A DNA stretch of 64,000 nucleotides from Firmicutes bacterium UBA5435. Lineage in GTDB: Bacteria; Bacillota; UBA5435. The stretch spans positions 821-64,820 of the forward strand of contig DIRN01000059.1 in assembly GCA_002426645.1 (NCBI GenBank), in the 5' to 3' direction. This document shows positions 8,524 through 18,436 of the stretch, piece after piece. The notes beneath the pieces were generated by a model, which saw only the letters and a program-made list of their open reading frames with translations, did not search any database and was not told the origin of the DNA. The position numbers were made by a program, and so were the translations under genes. The stretch's first letter is position 1, and each line of letters starts with the position of its first letter.

Positions 8524-9173
8524 ATGAAATGTGGAGCTTCAACATGTTTGGGGAGAGGAGATACTTGTGTAAGCAGGGTTCCAATATTTAGCATATTAAG
8601 TTGTGAAGAGATGCTTGAGATCGCTAAGGTTATAACTAATATGGAATTTAAAAAGACGAAATTATATATTTGTCAGGTGATAAGGCAGAAAAGCTATATA
8701 TAATTAACGAAGGCAGAGTAAAGATACCTAGGCTTTCTGAAGGAGGCAAAGAACAGATAATAAGGATTTTAGGTCCTGGGGATTTCATGGGGGAACTTTT
8801 CTTATTTAGCAATTCTATTCATAATAATAATGCTCAAGCTTTAGAACATACTGTTGTTTGTATGATAGACGGATCTAAGATAAAGAAAATAATTGAAGAG
8901 CATCCTTGTATCTCAATAAAGATACTCGAAGAACTAAGTAAAAAACTTGAAAAGGCTTAGAATTTAATTGAACAATTAGGCATCAAAGATGTCGAGCAAC
9001 GTATAGCAAAGACATTATTGAGTATGGCAGAGCTGGTATGTCTCAGGAAACTTTGAGTAGAAAACTATCATTTTTTCAGGAGATGGAATGGATAAAGCTT
9101 ATAGGCCATAGAAAGATTATTATCCTAGATAAAGAAAGCTTACATAATATCGCTAAGATTTAGGAAGTGGTGA
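8524..9173 (+). pseudogene. Crp/Fnr-family transcription regulator with an N-terminal Cys cluster, disrupted by at least 2 frameshifts
   Basis: The first frame reads MKCGASTCLGRGDTCVSRVPIFSILSCEEMLEIAKVITNMEFKK.... It shifts at ~8655 (an A/G homopolymer, 1-nt loss) into ORF 8670-8960 (cNMP-binding SGDKAEKLYIINEGRVKI...GPGDFMGELFLF). It shifts again at ~8958 into the HTH part (ETLSRKLSFFQEMEWIKLIGHRKIIILDKESL) ending at 9173. Confidence 0.7.
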
Positions 9174-9180
9174 AGATAAA

Positions 9181-10122
9181 TTGTCAGAAGAGCATGTGCT
9201 AGAATATGTGGATCTTCGTTTACCTGATATTCAGGCTCTTCAGGGTGAGGAAACCATCTTTTTTATTAGCGTAAGCCCTATAGAAGTACACGGACCACAT
9301 TTGCCAGTAGGAACGGATGTCTTCATAGCAGAGGAACTTCAACGTAGATATATAAGTGAAATATCTCTACGCCATCCAGAATTAAATTTTGTGAGGCTTC
9401 CTCCATTATATGCAGGAGCTGATGCTTTACCTGTTAAGGGCTCACTCTCTATTCCTGCAAGGTGCCTTGAACGCATCTTATTTTCTTATGGAAAAGGCCT
9501 TGCAGAACAAGGGTTTAAATATTTATTTGTATCTGATAACCATGGTGGTCCACGCCATCAAATAGCTATAGAGGCTGCTGCTAGAGGTCTTTGGAAGCGA
9601 CATAAATTTTATTTAATTAACCCATTTGGTTTGGATTATCGCTTAATGGTGCTTCAAGATTCAAAGTTTATGGAAATGACTGGAATAGGCCCGGGTAAAT
9701 GTGGTGATGATCAGGATAATCACGCAGGAACAAACGAAACCTCACTTATGCTTGCTTGTGCTCCAGAAAAGGTATCGAAAGACTTTACTGAAGTCCCCCC
9801 TTCAATTGTGCCTGATAAGAGAGGCGTTGCAGCACTAGTGTCAGGTTTGTCTAAGATTGCTAGTTTGTTCGGGGGAGGGGTTATAAGCCAGGAACTTGAG
9901 CATTTGGCTAATACCCTTGCATGGATAAATGATCCTATTATGAAACCTTATATGGGAGAACCAGCAAATGCTAGTAAAGAAGCAGGTGAGGCTATGTTCG
10001 CTGCTCGTGTTAAGGTAGGGGTAGAACTCTTTGAACGAGCTCTTGCAAGTGGAGGAAAGGAACCTGTTCATATTGTACCCATGCTATGGTTTCTCAGAGC
10101 CATACGATACTTACCAGGATAA
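9181..10122 (+). CDS. Creatininase-family amidohydrolase
   Basis: HGPHLPVGTD, VSDNHGGPRHQ and HAGTNETS motifs are typical of the creatinine amidohydrolase/ArfB family. Confidence 0.7.
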   Translation: MSEEHVLEYVDLRLPDIQALQGEETIFFISVSPIEVHGPHLPVGTDVFIAEELQRRYISEISLRHPELNFVRLPPLYAGADALPVKGSLSIPARCLERILFSYGKGLAEQGFKYLFVSDNHGGPRHQIAIEAAARGLWKRHKFYLINPFGLDYRLMVLQDSKFMEMTGIGPGKCGDDQDNHAGTNETSLMLACAPEKVSKDFTEVPPSIVPDKRGVAALVSGLSKIASLFGGGVISQELEHLANTLAWINDPIMKPYMGEPANASKEAGEAMFAARVKVGVELFERALASGGKEPVHIVPMLWFLRAIRYLPG

Positions 10123-10135
10123 GAGGTGAACTATA

Positions 10136-10606
10136 ATGCGAGTTGGCATAGGAATTGATGTACATAAGCTTGTAGAAGGACGGAAATTGATACTCGGTGG
10201 AGTAGAGATTCCATTTGCAAAAGGGCTTCTGGGGCATTCAGACGCAGATGTTTTATCTCATGCAATATGTGATGCTCTTTTAGGAGCAGTTGCAGCAGGA
10301 GACATAGGAAAGCTTTTTCCAGACTCTGACGATAGTTATAAGGGGATATGCAGTTTAATACTACTTGAAAAGGTAAAAGAGGTCCTTGATAAAAAAGGGT
10401 TTAAAATTAGTAATATAGACTCAGTAGTGATAGCGCAGAAACCACGTCTTGCACCATATATAGATGCGATGCGTGAAAAGATCGCAAGTAGCCTAAAGAT
10501 ACCTACGGATTTTGTGAGTATTAAAGCTACCACATCCGAAGGCCTTGGACACGAAGGAGCTGGAGAAGGGATAACAGCCCATGCTATAGTATGTCTAAGA
10601 TCGTAA
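10136..10606 (+). CDS. ispF: 2-C-methyl-D-erythritol 2,4-cyclodiphosphate synthase
   Basis: [12 protein letters not shown]...[12 protein letters not shown]...[11 protein letters not shown] is canonical IspF. Confidence 0.9.
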   Translation: MRVGIGIDVHKLVEGRKLILGGVEIPFAKGLLGHSDADVLSHAICDALLGAVAAGDIGKLFPDSDDSYKGICSLILLEKVKEVLDKKGFKISNIDSVVIAQKPRLAPYIDAMREKIASSLKIPTDFVSIKATTSEGLGHEGAGEGITAHAIVCLRS

Positions 10607-10700
10607 CGCTTATTTTTATGTAAAAATTAGTTAAAATACATTTCTCCTCTTTTCCGCATACTATGTTGGAAGACTTTAATTTATAGGAGAGATGTGATCT

Positions 10701-11390
10701 ATGAGACTTATATTTTTTCTCGTCGTGTCGATTGTGCCTGGACTTTTATGGGTTTGGTTCTTCTATAGACGGGATTTTAAGGAACCAGAACCTAAGGCTT
10801 TAGTCCTTAAACTTTATGGGTATGGAGCCCTCTCAGTAGTACCTGCGGCGCTTATAGAATCTCCATTTCGTAGTCTTATCAGTGATAGCGCAAATCTCCC
10901 GCTCCTCTTTATTATGAGCATATTTGTGGTAGGCCTTGCTGAGGAAGGTTCTAAATTATTAGCTGTAAGATATGGCGCCTATGATAACGAGGAGTTTAGC
11001 GAAGTAATGGATGGTATAATCTACTCAGTAACAGCAGGATTAGGGTTTGCTACTGCGGAGAATGTTCTCTATACTCTTAATTTCGGACTCTCCGTTGGTC
11101 TCACCCGTATTATTATAGCTTATTTAGCCCATGCTACTTTTTCAGGAATAGCAGGTTTTTATCTAGGTATGGCAAAGTTTCATCCTGAACAGAGAGTTCG
11201 GTCTGTAATTATAGGACTTTCTTTAGCAGTATTGCTCCATGGTCTATACGATTTCTTTATAATTGGTCGAATCGTAAGCCCTATCTTTGTGATTATAGGT
11301 CTTGTAATGGTCTATACGATGCTTAGTAGGACTATAGAACATGCGAGTAAGATTTCTCCTTATAAGGGGAAAGAACCAGGAGATGCATGA
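10701..11390 (+). CDS. prsW: PrsW-family intramembrane metalloprotease
   Basis: A polytopic membrane protein with EEGSK, FATAENVLY and HATFSGIAG motifs (PrsW/M82 signature). Confidence 0.7.
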   Translation: MRLIFFLVVSIVPGLLWVWFFYRRDFKEPEPKALVLKLYGYGALSVVPAALIESPFRSLISDSANLPLLFIMSIFVVGLAEEGSKLLAVRYGAYDNEEFSEVMDGIIYSVTAGLGFATAENVLYTLNFGLSVGLTRIIIAYLAHATFSGIAGFYLGMAKFHPEQRVRSVIIGLSLAVLLHGLYDFFIIGRIVSPIFVIIGLVMVYTMLSRTIEHASKISPYKGKEPGDA

Positions 11391-11477
11391 TTAACATACT
11401 CTACCCTTGAAAATTCTACAGGATATGCTAAAATAAAAGTATGCCAGCGGGGGAAGGCAGGAAAGGGGTTAAGAGAT

Positions 11478-12227
11478 ATGGCGGGACATTCGAAATGGTC
11501 AAACATAAAGCATAAAAAGGCCAAGGCTGATGCAGTGCGGGGTAAGATGTTCACCAAATTAACTAGGGTGATAATGTTAGCAGCTAAAGAAGGTGGAAGT
11601 GATCCAGAGACTAACTTTAGATTAAGGATTGCTATTGAAAAAGCTAAGGAATTTAATATGCCAAATGATAATATTGAACGGGCCATAAAGAGAGGCTCTG
11701 GGCAGCTTGAAGGTGTAACCTATGAGGAAATTACTTATGAAGGTTATGGACCAAGTGGCGTTGCAATAATGGTAGAGCTCATAACTGATAATAGGAACAG
11801 GACAGCCTCAGATATACGATATATCTTTTCTAAACACGGCGGGAACTTAGGGGAAAGTGGTTGCGTAGCATGGCTCTTTGAAAAGAAAGGAATTATACTG
11901 GTTAATAGAGATGACGCAGATGAAGAAGAGCTTATGATGTACGCTATTGATGGGGGCGCAGACGATTTCAAAGTCGAGGAAGAAAGCTTTGAGATTACTA
12001 CTGAGCCGAAGGAACTAGAAAAGGTAAAGAGTTACCTTGACGAAATGGGAATATCTGTAGAGAACGCAGAGATAACGATGATTCCCAGCAATTCAGTGGA
12101 AGTAAATGGAGAAGATGCAGTCCGACTCATGAAATTAATTGATGCTCTTGAAGATAACGATGATGTTCAAGAGGTATACGGTAATTACGAGATCCCAGAC
12201 GAATTAATGGAGGAATTAAGTAAATAA
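11478..12227 (+). CDS. yebC: YebC/PmpR-family transcriptional regulator
   Basis: MAGHSKWSNIKHKK...RLRIAIEKAK... is the highly conserved YebC N-terminus. The gene sits upstream of ruvC, as is usual. Confidence 0.9.
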   Translation: MAGHSKWSNIKHKKAKADAVRGKMFTKLTRVIMLAAKEGGSDPETNFRLRIAIEKAKEFNMPNDNIERAIKRGSGQLEGVTYEEITYEGYGPSGVAIMVELITDNRNRTASDIRYIFSKHGGNLGESGCVAWLFEKKGIILVNRDDADEEELMMYAIDGGADDFKVEEESFEITTEPKELEKVKSYLDEMGISVENAEITMIPSNSVEVNGEDAVRLMKLIDALEDNDDVQEVYGNYEIPDELMEELSK

Positions 12228-12242
12228 GAAGTCTTTTAGGGT

Positions 12243-12947
12243 ATGGAACGGCTGATAGCTACCATACCTTTTTCTTTTTCCCTTCTTTTATTGGTATATG
12301 TTAAAGGCAGGGAGGGGATGCTAATAGATATGAGGAGTCATTTTTTACATCAAAAGGAGGATGTGAAAGTGAATAGACATAAAACTCTTTTCATACTATT
12401 AGTTATTCCCCTTATTCTTGTAAGTTTCATAGTGGTTTACACACAAATCATAGGGAACTATCCCTTTGAAAATTTCTTACGTAAGAATTCGATAACCCAT
12501 GGTAACAAAGGCATGGGAATCGAGGATCCAGGGGCAGATAACATCATTGTTGAGTTCAAAGAGGTATTTAATGAGTGTGGACACGAAGAGTTAATAAAGA
12601 AAGAGCTGATTTCTATATCATTTGGATTATCCGTTGAAGAATTGGAGGAGAGATATCCAGATTGGACATTAAGAGAGTTTTCCCAAAATACTGCTGTCTT
12701 CTTTCGTACGCAGGATGGCTTCTGCCAAGAGGATATGATATACAAGCATATTAGCATTAAAGATGGATATGTGACAGTCTTTTATGGTAGACCTCGTACA
12801 GATGCTATAGTCGTGAAGACCACCAAGATAAATGCTAAATATCTTCCAACAGATGAGATAAAGAATCTGGAAAATGGCATTGTTATCACTGATGACGCAG
12901 AACTTCTTTTAATATTGGAAGGTTTATCGAGTCTTCAGCCGTTCTAA
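12243..12947 (+). CDS. BofC-like protein (membrane-anchored; the true start is probably near 12330-12370)
   Basis: The C-terminal GYVTVFYGRPRTDAIVV...NGIVITDD resembles the BofC C-domain. The N-terminus has one TM segment. The listed ORF start is probably too far upstream. Confidence 0.45.
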   Translation: MERLIATIPFSFSLLLLVYVKGREGMLIDMRSHFLHQKEDVKVNRHKTLFILLVIPLILVSFIVVYTQIIGNYPFENFLRKNSITHGNKGMGIEDPGADNIIVEFKEVFNECGHEELIKKELISISFGLSVEELEERYPDWTLREFSQNTAVFFRTQDGFCQEDMIYKHISIKDGYVTVFYGRPRTDAIVVKTTKINAKYLPTDEIKNLENGIVITDDAELLLILEGLSSLQPF

Positions 12948-12983
12948 CGGTAAAGCCCTTTGATTAAGAGTCTTCTTTGCCCC

Positions 12984-13012
12984 TTGTACTCTAAACGAGA
13001 AAGTGATATAAT
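12984..13012 (+). promoter_or_regulatory. Candidate sigma-A promoter upstream of ruvC (TTGTAC, 17 nt, TATAAT)
   Basis: ttgtac tctaaacgagaaagtga tataat lies 50 nt upstream of the ruvC ATG. Confidence 0.4.
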
Positions 13013-13060
13013 GAATCATAAGCTAGTATGATTTATTATCCTGGAGGGATGGGTGAAGAT

Positions 13061-13555
13061 ATGCTTATCTTAGGGGTTGATCCTGGTACCGCTATCACAG
13101 GTTTTGGCATATTACAAGAGAAAGCCTCTAAGGTCAAAGCTTTACAATACGGTGCGATAAAGACTGAGCCAGACATTGATATGGCCCAAAGGCTTAAATG
13201 CATTTACGATGAAGTTATTCAACTCCTTAATGAATACCATCCTGAAGTCCTTGCTATTGAGTCACTTTTCTTTAATAAGAACGTTAAAACTGCTTTAACC
13301 GTAGGTCAAGCGCGAGGTGTTGTCATGGTGGCAGCAGCTAATTGCGGTGTGGAAGTGGTGGAATATACTCCGCTTCAAGTTAAACAGGCAGTTGTTGGTT
13401 ATGGACGGGCTACTAAATGTCAGGTTCAAGAGATGGTGAAGATATTACTTTCTTTAGCTAAGCCTCCATCCCCAGACGATGTAGCGGATGCACTTGCTGT
13501 TGGTATATGCCACGTACATTCTAGAAAGTTACGGGATATTTTGATGGAAAAGTGA
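13061..13555 (+). CDS. ruvC: Holliday junction resolvase RuvC
   Basis: MLILGVDPGTAITGFGIL...ADALAVGICH. GGAGGG RBS lies 12 nt before the ATG at 13061. Confidence 0.9.
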   Translation: MLILGVDPGTAITGFGILQEKASKVKALQYGAIKTEPDIDMAQRLKCIYDEVIQLLNEYHPEVLAIESLFFNKNVKTALTVGQARGVVMVAAANCGVEVVEYTPLQVKQAVVGYGRATKCQVQEMVKILLSLAKPPSPDDVADALAVGICHVHSRKLRDILMEK

Positions 13556-13644
13556 ACTTAAAAATTGCTTTCACACTTTGAAAAGGGGGAGCCGTGCCGA
13601 TTCACTTGTACTGAGGTAAAACTTGCTGAGCCGGCGATCGATGG

Positions 13645-14262
13645 ATGATAGCTTTTCTTAACGGTACTATAGAATTTATAGATATGGACCATTGCATAAT
13701 CAATGTGAATAATGTTGGTTATAAGGTTTATCTCCCTGTCTCTACTAGGGATGAGATAGGGATGATTGGCAGCACGGTTAAGCTTTATACCTATATGAAT
13801 GTCAGAGAAGATGCAATGGAGCTTTATGGTTTTAAGACCACTGAGGAGCTGGAATTTTTCAAGATACTGCTATCAGTATCAGGGATTGGTCCGCGAGGTG
13901 GTTTGAAAATACTCTCATCTATTTCAGCAACTGAATTTAAAAGAGCTATACGAGAAGAGAATCTATCTGTTTTAACGAGTATATCTGGAGTTGGAAAGAA
14001 GACCGCTCAGCGTCTTATACTTGAGTTGAAGGATAAGATAGGCGCATATCCTCTTCCAGAGCTTACGGGAGACGGTAGAGTGATAGGAGGCACAGAACTT
14101 GAGGCAGATGCATGTGCTGCCTTAGTAGCGCTAGGATATACTCAAAGTGAAGTTTCTGAAACTATACGTTATGTGAAAAAGGAATTAGGAGACAAATTAG
14201 ATAAACTTGATCCATCTAGTCTCGTTCAATATATGCTTAAGGTAATTTCAACGCATAAATAA
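13645..14262 (+). CDS. ruvA: Holliday junction branch-migration protein RuvA
   Basis: MIAFLNGTI...VGYKVY...SVSGIGPRGGLKILS. Confidence 0.9.
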   Translation: MIAFLNGTIEFIDMDHCIINVNNVGYKVYLPVSTRDEIGMIGSTVKLYTYMNVREDAMELYGFKTTEELEFFKILLSVSGIGPRGGLKILSSISATEFKRAIREENLSVLTSISGVGKKTAQRLILELKDKIGAYPLPELTGDGRVIGGTELEADACAALVALGYTQSEVSETIRYVKKELGDKLDKLDPSSLVQYMLKVISTHK

Positions 14263-14311
14263 TTTTTAAAGGTATTTGTCAAGTAATTGTCCTAGGAAGG
14301 TTGATATTGTT

Positions 14312-15325
14312 ATGGCTCAGAACCTAGAAGAACGGATAGTCTCAGCAGACCCTAGATTAGAAGATGTTGAGATGGATGTAGCCCTTAGGCCTCAATGGCT
14401 AAAGGATTACATAGGCCAAGAACGTATAAAAGAAAACATTTCTATATTTATAGAGGCGGCCATGGCCAGAAACGATGCTCTAGATCATGTGCTCCTCTAT
14501 GGTCCACCAGGTCTTGGCAAGACAACTCTAGCCAACATAATCGCGAACGAGCTTGGTGTAGGAATGAGAGTGACCTCTGGACCTGCTATAGAGAGAAGTG
14601 GTGATTTGGCAGCTATCCTAACTAACTTAGATTCTAAAGATGTCCTCTTTATAGATGAAATTCATAGGCTAAATAGAAGCGTAGAAGAGATTCTTTATCC
14701 TGCAATGGAGGACTTCGCTATAGATATAATAATTGGGAAAGGTCCTAGCGCTAGATCTGTTAGGCTTGATCTCCCAAGATTCACGTTGATTGGTGCCACT
14801 ACTCGTGCGGGTCTTTTGACTTCGCCACTACGAGATAGGTTTGGGGTCATCGGAAGATTAGAGTTTTATACTAACGAAGAATTACAAATTATACTTGCTC
14901 AAGCTAGCAATGCTATGGGGATCGTCCTTGATGAAGAAGGTAGCTTTGAATTAGCCCGTAGGGCTAGGGGTACCCCACGTATCGCCAAACGGCTTCTAAG
15001 GAGAGTTAGAGACTTCGCACAAGTAAAAGGTGACGGAGTTATTAACAAGGAATTAGCTAGTGAAGCCCTTGATAAACTCGGGGTAGATGAGATGGGCTTG
15101 GATGAAATAGATCGGACTATGATGCTATCGATCATCGAACGCTTTGGTGGTGGACCAGTGGGCATAGATACTATCGCTGCTTCTATAAATGAAGAGCCAG
15201 ACACAATCGATGATGTCTGCGAACCCTATCTCCTTCAAATCGGTTTTTTGGAACGGACACCGAGAGGGAGGAAAGCTACAAAGCTAGCGTATAATTACTT
15301 CGATATATCATATCCAGATTCATAA
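14312..15325 (+). CDS. ruvB: Holliday junction branch-migration ATPase RuvB
   Basis: [13 protein letters not shown]...[14 protein letters not shown] is the Walker A. The internal ATG at 14312 has an AGGAAGG RBS. Confidence 0.9.
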   Translation: MAQNLEERIVSADPRLEDVEMDVALRPQWLKDYIGQERIKENISIFIEAAMARNDALDHVLLYGPPGLGKTTLANIIANELGVGMRVTSGPAIERSGDLAAILTNLDSKDVLFIDEIHRLNRSVEEILYPAMEDFAIDIIIGKGPSARSVRLDLPRFTLIGATTRAGLLTSPLRDRFGVIGRLEFYTNEELQIILAQASNAMGIVLDEEGSFELARRARGTPRIAKRLLRRVRDFAQVKGDGVINKELASEALDKLGVDEMGLDEIDRTMMLSIIERFGGGPVGIDTIAASINEEPDTIDDVCEPYLLQIGFLERTPRGRKATKLAYNYFDISYPDS

Positions 15326-15405
15326 ATTTATCTTTAAGGTTTTTAATGTAAAACAAAGGAGGAAATGCGCATTGCTATATATAGCAGAGTCTTAGCGCAC
15401 GACTA

Positions 15406-15945
15406 ATGAAATTACTTCTCCATGTATGTTGTGGTCCATGTGCTACCTATCCATACAAGATCCTTAAGGAGCAGGGCCTGGATGTAACAGGATTCTTTTA
15501 TAATCCGAACATACATCCATATACTGAATATGAAAAACGTTTACATGGGTTTAAAAAATTTAGCGAGAAGGTAGACCTTCCAATAATTATAAAGGATAGT
15601 TACAACTTAGAAGAATTTTTTAGGAATGTCGTATTTCGTGAATCAGAGAGATGTCGTTTTTGCTATTGGATGCGTTTAACCGAGGCTGCAGGTGTGGCAA
15701 AACACGGAAAGTTTAATGCATTTACTAGCACTCTCTTAGTAAGTCCATTTCAGAAACATCAGTTGATACGAGAGATAGGCGAAGAAGTGGGTAAGGTCTA
15801 CGGCATAGACTTTTATTATGAAGACTTTCGTAAAGGTTTTAAAGATGGTGTAAACTTATCAAAAGAAATGGGACTTTATCGCCAGCAGTATTGCGGTTGT
15901 ATATATAGCGAACGTGACCGCTACATAAAGAACGTTACTAATTGA
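15406..15945 (+). CDS. queH: Epoxyqueuosine reductase QueH (DUF208)
   Basis: MKLLLHVCCGPCATYP...CRFCYWMRL...YCGCIYSE is the QueH Cys pattern. Confidence 0.8.
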   Translation: MKLLLHVCCGPCATYPYKILKEQGLDVTGFFYNPNIHPYTEYEKRLHGFKKFSEKVDLPIIIKDSYNLEEFFRNVVFRESERCRFCYWMRLTEAAGVAKHGKFNAFTSTLLVSPFQKHQLIREIGEEVGKVYGIDFYYEDFRKGFKDGVNLSKEMGLYRQQYCGCIYSERDRYIKNVTN

Positions 15946-15970
15946 AAGGGGGATAGGCACCTTTCAGTTT

Positions 15971-16192
15971 ATGAATACTAATTGGTTAGGAAAGTTCTTT
16001 ATAATTACTGGGGTAGTCATAATCGCCATGGGGATTCTTTTAATATTAGTTGGGAACATACCGGGTGTATGGAGATTGCCAGGTGATATATATATCAAGA
16101 AGGGAAATTTTACTTTTTATTTTCACTTAACTACAAGCATTTTGTTGAGCGTTTTTCTGATCCTTCTTTTTTGTTTTTTATCGCGAAGGTAA
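15971..16192 (+). CDS. Small membrane protein (DUF2905-like)
   Basis: Two hydrophobic helices separated by WRLPGDIYIKKGNFTFYF. Confidence 0.5.
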   Translation: MNTNWLGKFFIITGVVIIAMGILLILVGNIPGVWRLPGDIYIKKGNFTFYFHLTTSILLSVFLILLFCFLSRR

Positions 16193-16328
16193 ATATTTCT
16201 TTACCAATTGATATTACTTTATCTATGGGATGATGATCAAGTTTTTCGGGTATGCTATTTTCGTATCTTAATGTATATTTAAATCCCAAGTCGCTGGAGC
16301 CGTTTTATGGCTATCCTTTCGATAAGGA

Positions 16329-16520
16329 GTGACATTTTCTATGTCAACCAAGGACCTAATGTGGTTATTCTTTAAGTGTACCGGGCTTATTGATGCCTAT
16401 CTGCTCTACAGAAACTGTGGATACAAAGAGGTTGCTAAGGAAGAACAATTTGAGGTGAAGGAAGGATACGAATGTCACTCTACAGAGCAGAAGGAATTGT
16501 ACTTAGAAACAAGAACCTAG
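16329..16520 (+). CDS. YqzL-like small protein (the position upstream of recO matches Bacillus synteny)
   Basis: DLMWLFFKCTGLIDAYLLYRN resembles B. subtilis YqzL (DFTWKLFSETGSIDTYLL), recalled from memory. It overlaps the recO start by 49 nt. Confidence 0.4.
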   Translation: MTFSMSTKDLMWLFFKCTGLIDAYLLYRNCGYKEVAKEEQFEVKEGYECHSTEQKELYLETRT

Positions 16521-17212
16521 GTGAGGCAGATAAGATAGTTACAGTCTTTACCTGTACTCATGGGAAGGTTCGAGCTGTAGCAAAAGGTGCACGGCGTCCT
16601 AGAAATAGACTTTCTGGAACTACTCAGCTCTTTAGTTACAGTGATTTTCTTTTCTTTTCTGGTAAGAACCTAGACAATATTAATCAAGCTTATTTAAAGG
16701 AATCCTTTTTTCGCATAAGGGATGACCTTATACGTATGGCATATGCTTCCTATGTCGCTGAACTCCTTGATTTACTAGTTGAGGAGAAAGCTAAGAGCGA
16801 AGAACTCTTTTATCTTCTCCTCACCATTCTCAGGCTTCTATCTACTGAGATAGATTTGAGAACAGTGACGCGTTTTTATGAACTGAAGCTTATGGATATT
16901 CTTGGATACAGACCGGAGCTGGATTCATGTGTAAAGTGCGGTACCTCCTTACAAGTAAAAAGCGGGGGTTTTAGTGCATCTATAGGGGGAATACTATGTA
17001 ATGTATGCATGGGGTCAGTGAGGGATGCTGTTTCTTTATCCCTAGGTGCTATTGCTCTTATGAAGTACTTACTCACTGTGGAACCGGCTAAGCTCAACGT
17101 GTTAAGGATCTCAGAAAAAGTTCATTCTGAGATCCAAAGAGCGCTTGAACTTTATGTAAGGTATAGGGTAGAGAGGGATATAAAATCTCTCAGTTTCCTA
17201 GAAATTCTATAG
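16472..17212 (+). CDS. recO: DNA repair protein RecO
   Basis: MSLYRAEGIVLRNKNLGEADKIVTVFT...C-terminal CxxC...CxxC. Confidence 0.9.
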   Translation: MSLYRAEGIVLRNKNLGEADKIVTVFTCTHGKVRAVAKGARRPRNRLSGTTQLFSYSDFLFFSGKNLDNINQAYLKESFFRIRDDLIRMAYASYVAELLDLLVEEKAKSEELFYLLLTILRLLSTEIDLRTVTRFYELKLMDILGYRPELDSCVKCGTSLQVKSGGFSASIGGILCNVCMGSVRDAVSLSLGAIALMKYLLTVEPAKLNVLRISEKVHSEIQRALELYVRYRVERDIKSLSFLEIL

Positions 17213-17240
17213 AATGCTATGCGAGAAAGGAGGAATTCGA

Positions 17241-17660
17241 ATGGAAATAACACTCCAGATGCTCGATGAAGTACGGACTCGAACAGGTGCTAGTTACGAA
17301 AAAGTCGTAGAAGCCTTACGCGCTACTAATGGAGATGTAGTAGAATCTATAGTCTTACTAGAACGTGAAAAAGATGATGTGCCTCTAAAAGGCGAGTTAT
17401 ACGAGCAGGGATCAAAAGTGGTAACTAAATTAAAAGATCTTGTTGCACAAGGAAATAACATAAGGGTTAAGATAAAACAAGAAGACGATACTGTAATCGA
17501 ATTACCTGCAACTGTTGGGGTACTTAGTGCAGTAGTAGCACCAGCCTTAGCCATAGTAGGTGCTGCAGCATGTCTAGCTACAAAATGTTCTGTTGAGATA
17601 GAGAACCGCAATAAAGCTGATGGTAAAGAGCCTTTTATAGGACCTGAAGTAGGCTCTTAA
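17241..17660 (+). CDS. DUF4342-like protein with an N-terminal UBA/TS-N-like helix bundle
   Basis: The protein starts MEITLQMLDEVRTRTGASYEKVVEALRATNGDVVESIV. The ATG at 17241 is preceded by AAGGAGG. Confidence 0.5.
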   Translation: MEITLQMLDEVRTRTGASYEKVVEALRATNGDVVESIVLLEREKDDVPLKGELYEQGSKVVTKLKDLVAQGNNIRVKIKQEDDTVIELPATVGVLSAVVAPALAIVGAAACLATKCSVEIENRNKADGKEPFIGPEVGS

Positions 17661-17682
17661 CTATAATAGTAGATCTAAAGAA

Positions 17683-17736
17683 GCCCGACCTCTATAAGAG
17701 TTGGCTTCGTTTCATAGGGGTCGGGTTCTCTATTTT
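17683..17736 (+). terminator. Terminator-like hairpin after the DUF4342 gene
   Basis: gcccgacc ... ggtcgggt forms an 8-bp stem with one G-U pair and a long loop, followed by tctctatttt. It covers the TTG at 17701 that the ORF track used as a start. Confidence 0.3.
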
Positions 17737-17754
17737 AAGACTGGTGGTGCTAAG

Positions 17755-18399
17755 GTGCGTTCTATTCTATACAATTACCTTCAAATAACTAAGGAATTCT
17801 TTAGAAAGAGCAAACGGCTTATAGCTTTTGCTACGTCTGTCTTTTTTGTGGGATTATTAATAGGGATTTATTTCTATCATGTTGATGCTGAAAGCGCCTC
17901 CAAAATAGCGCAAGTGGTTATAGGTAAATTTCAAGGTATGGATGAAGTGATGAGAGATTTAGGGACTTCCGGACGTATCTGGATGATATTCTGGAATAAT
18001 CTACGCGTAGTATTGCTCTCTTTTTCAACTGGGATCTTGTTAGGAATAATACCTGTCTTGATCCTTTTTTTTAATGGACTCTTCATAGGAATAATATCTG
18101 GAATGATGAATAATGAGGGCATAAATGTAATAAGATTCTTTATCTTTGGAATATTACCACACGGTATCTTTGAGATTCCTGCTTTTATCTTAGGTGGCGT
18201 TATGGGTATAAAAGTAGGGTTAGGATTAATTTTCTCTCCTGGAGAAAAAGTTTGGCTAAAAGGGTTGGTAAATTTACTTCGAGATTCCATAGTAGCATTG
18301 ACTATAGTCTTACCGCTTTTAGCCCTTGCTGCTGTCATTGAAATGACAGTTACATCAAATCTTGTCAAGACGGTTTTTGGATCAGGATTTTTAAATTAA
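17755..18399 (+). CDS. SpoIIM/DUF95 (PF01944)-family membrane protein
   Basis: A polytopic membrane protein of the SpoIIM family type. Start moved to GTG at 17755 (RBS ggtggtg) because the upstream TTG lies inside the hairpin. Confidence 0.5.
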   Translation: MRSILYNYLQITKEFFRKSKRLIAFATSVFFVGLLIGIYFYHVDAESASKIAQVVIGKFQGMDEVMRDLGTSGRIWMIFWNNLRVVLLSFSTGILLGIIPVLILFFNGLFIGIISGMMNNEGINVIRFFIFGILPHGIFEIPAFILGGVMGIKVGLGLIFSPGEKVWLKGLVNLLRDSIVALTIVLPLLALAAVIEMTVTSNLVKTVFGSGFLN

Positions 18400-18436
18400 C
18401 GATAAAGTTTTTCTTAAGGGATATGGGGGTATTTAC

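Noticed and set aside
14395-17611. Assorted short overlapping ORFs (14395-14604(+), 14899-15204(-), 16876-17097(-), 17294-17611(-), 17931-18368(-))
   Set aside because: They are embedded in or antisense to well-supported genes (ruvB, recO, the DUF4342 gene, the SpoIIM-like gene).
18400-18436. Glycine T-box riboswitch upstream of glyQS
   Set aside because: Only 37 nt of non-coding sequence is present, and no T-box specifier, antiterminator or terminator architecture is visible.
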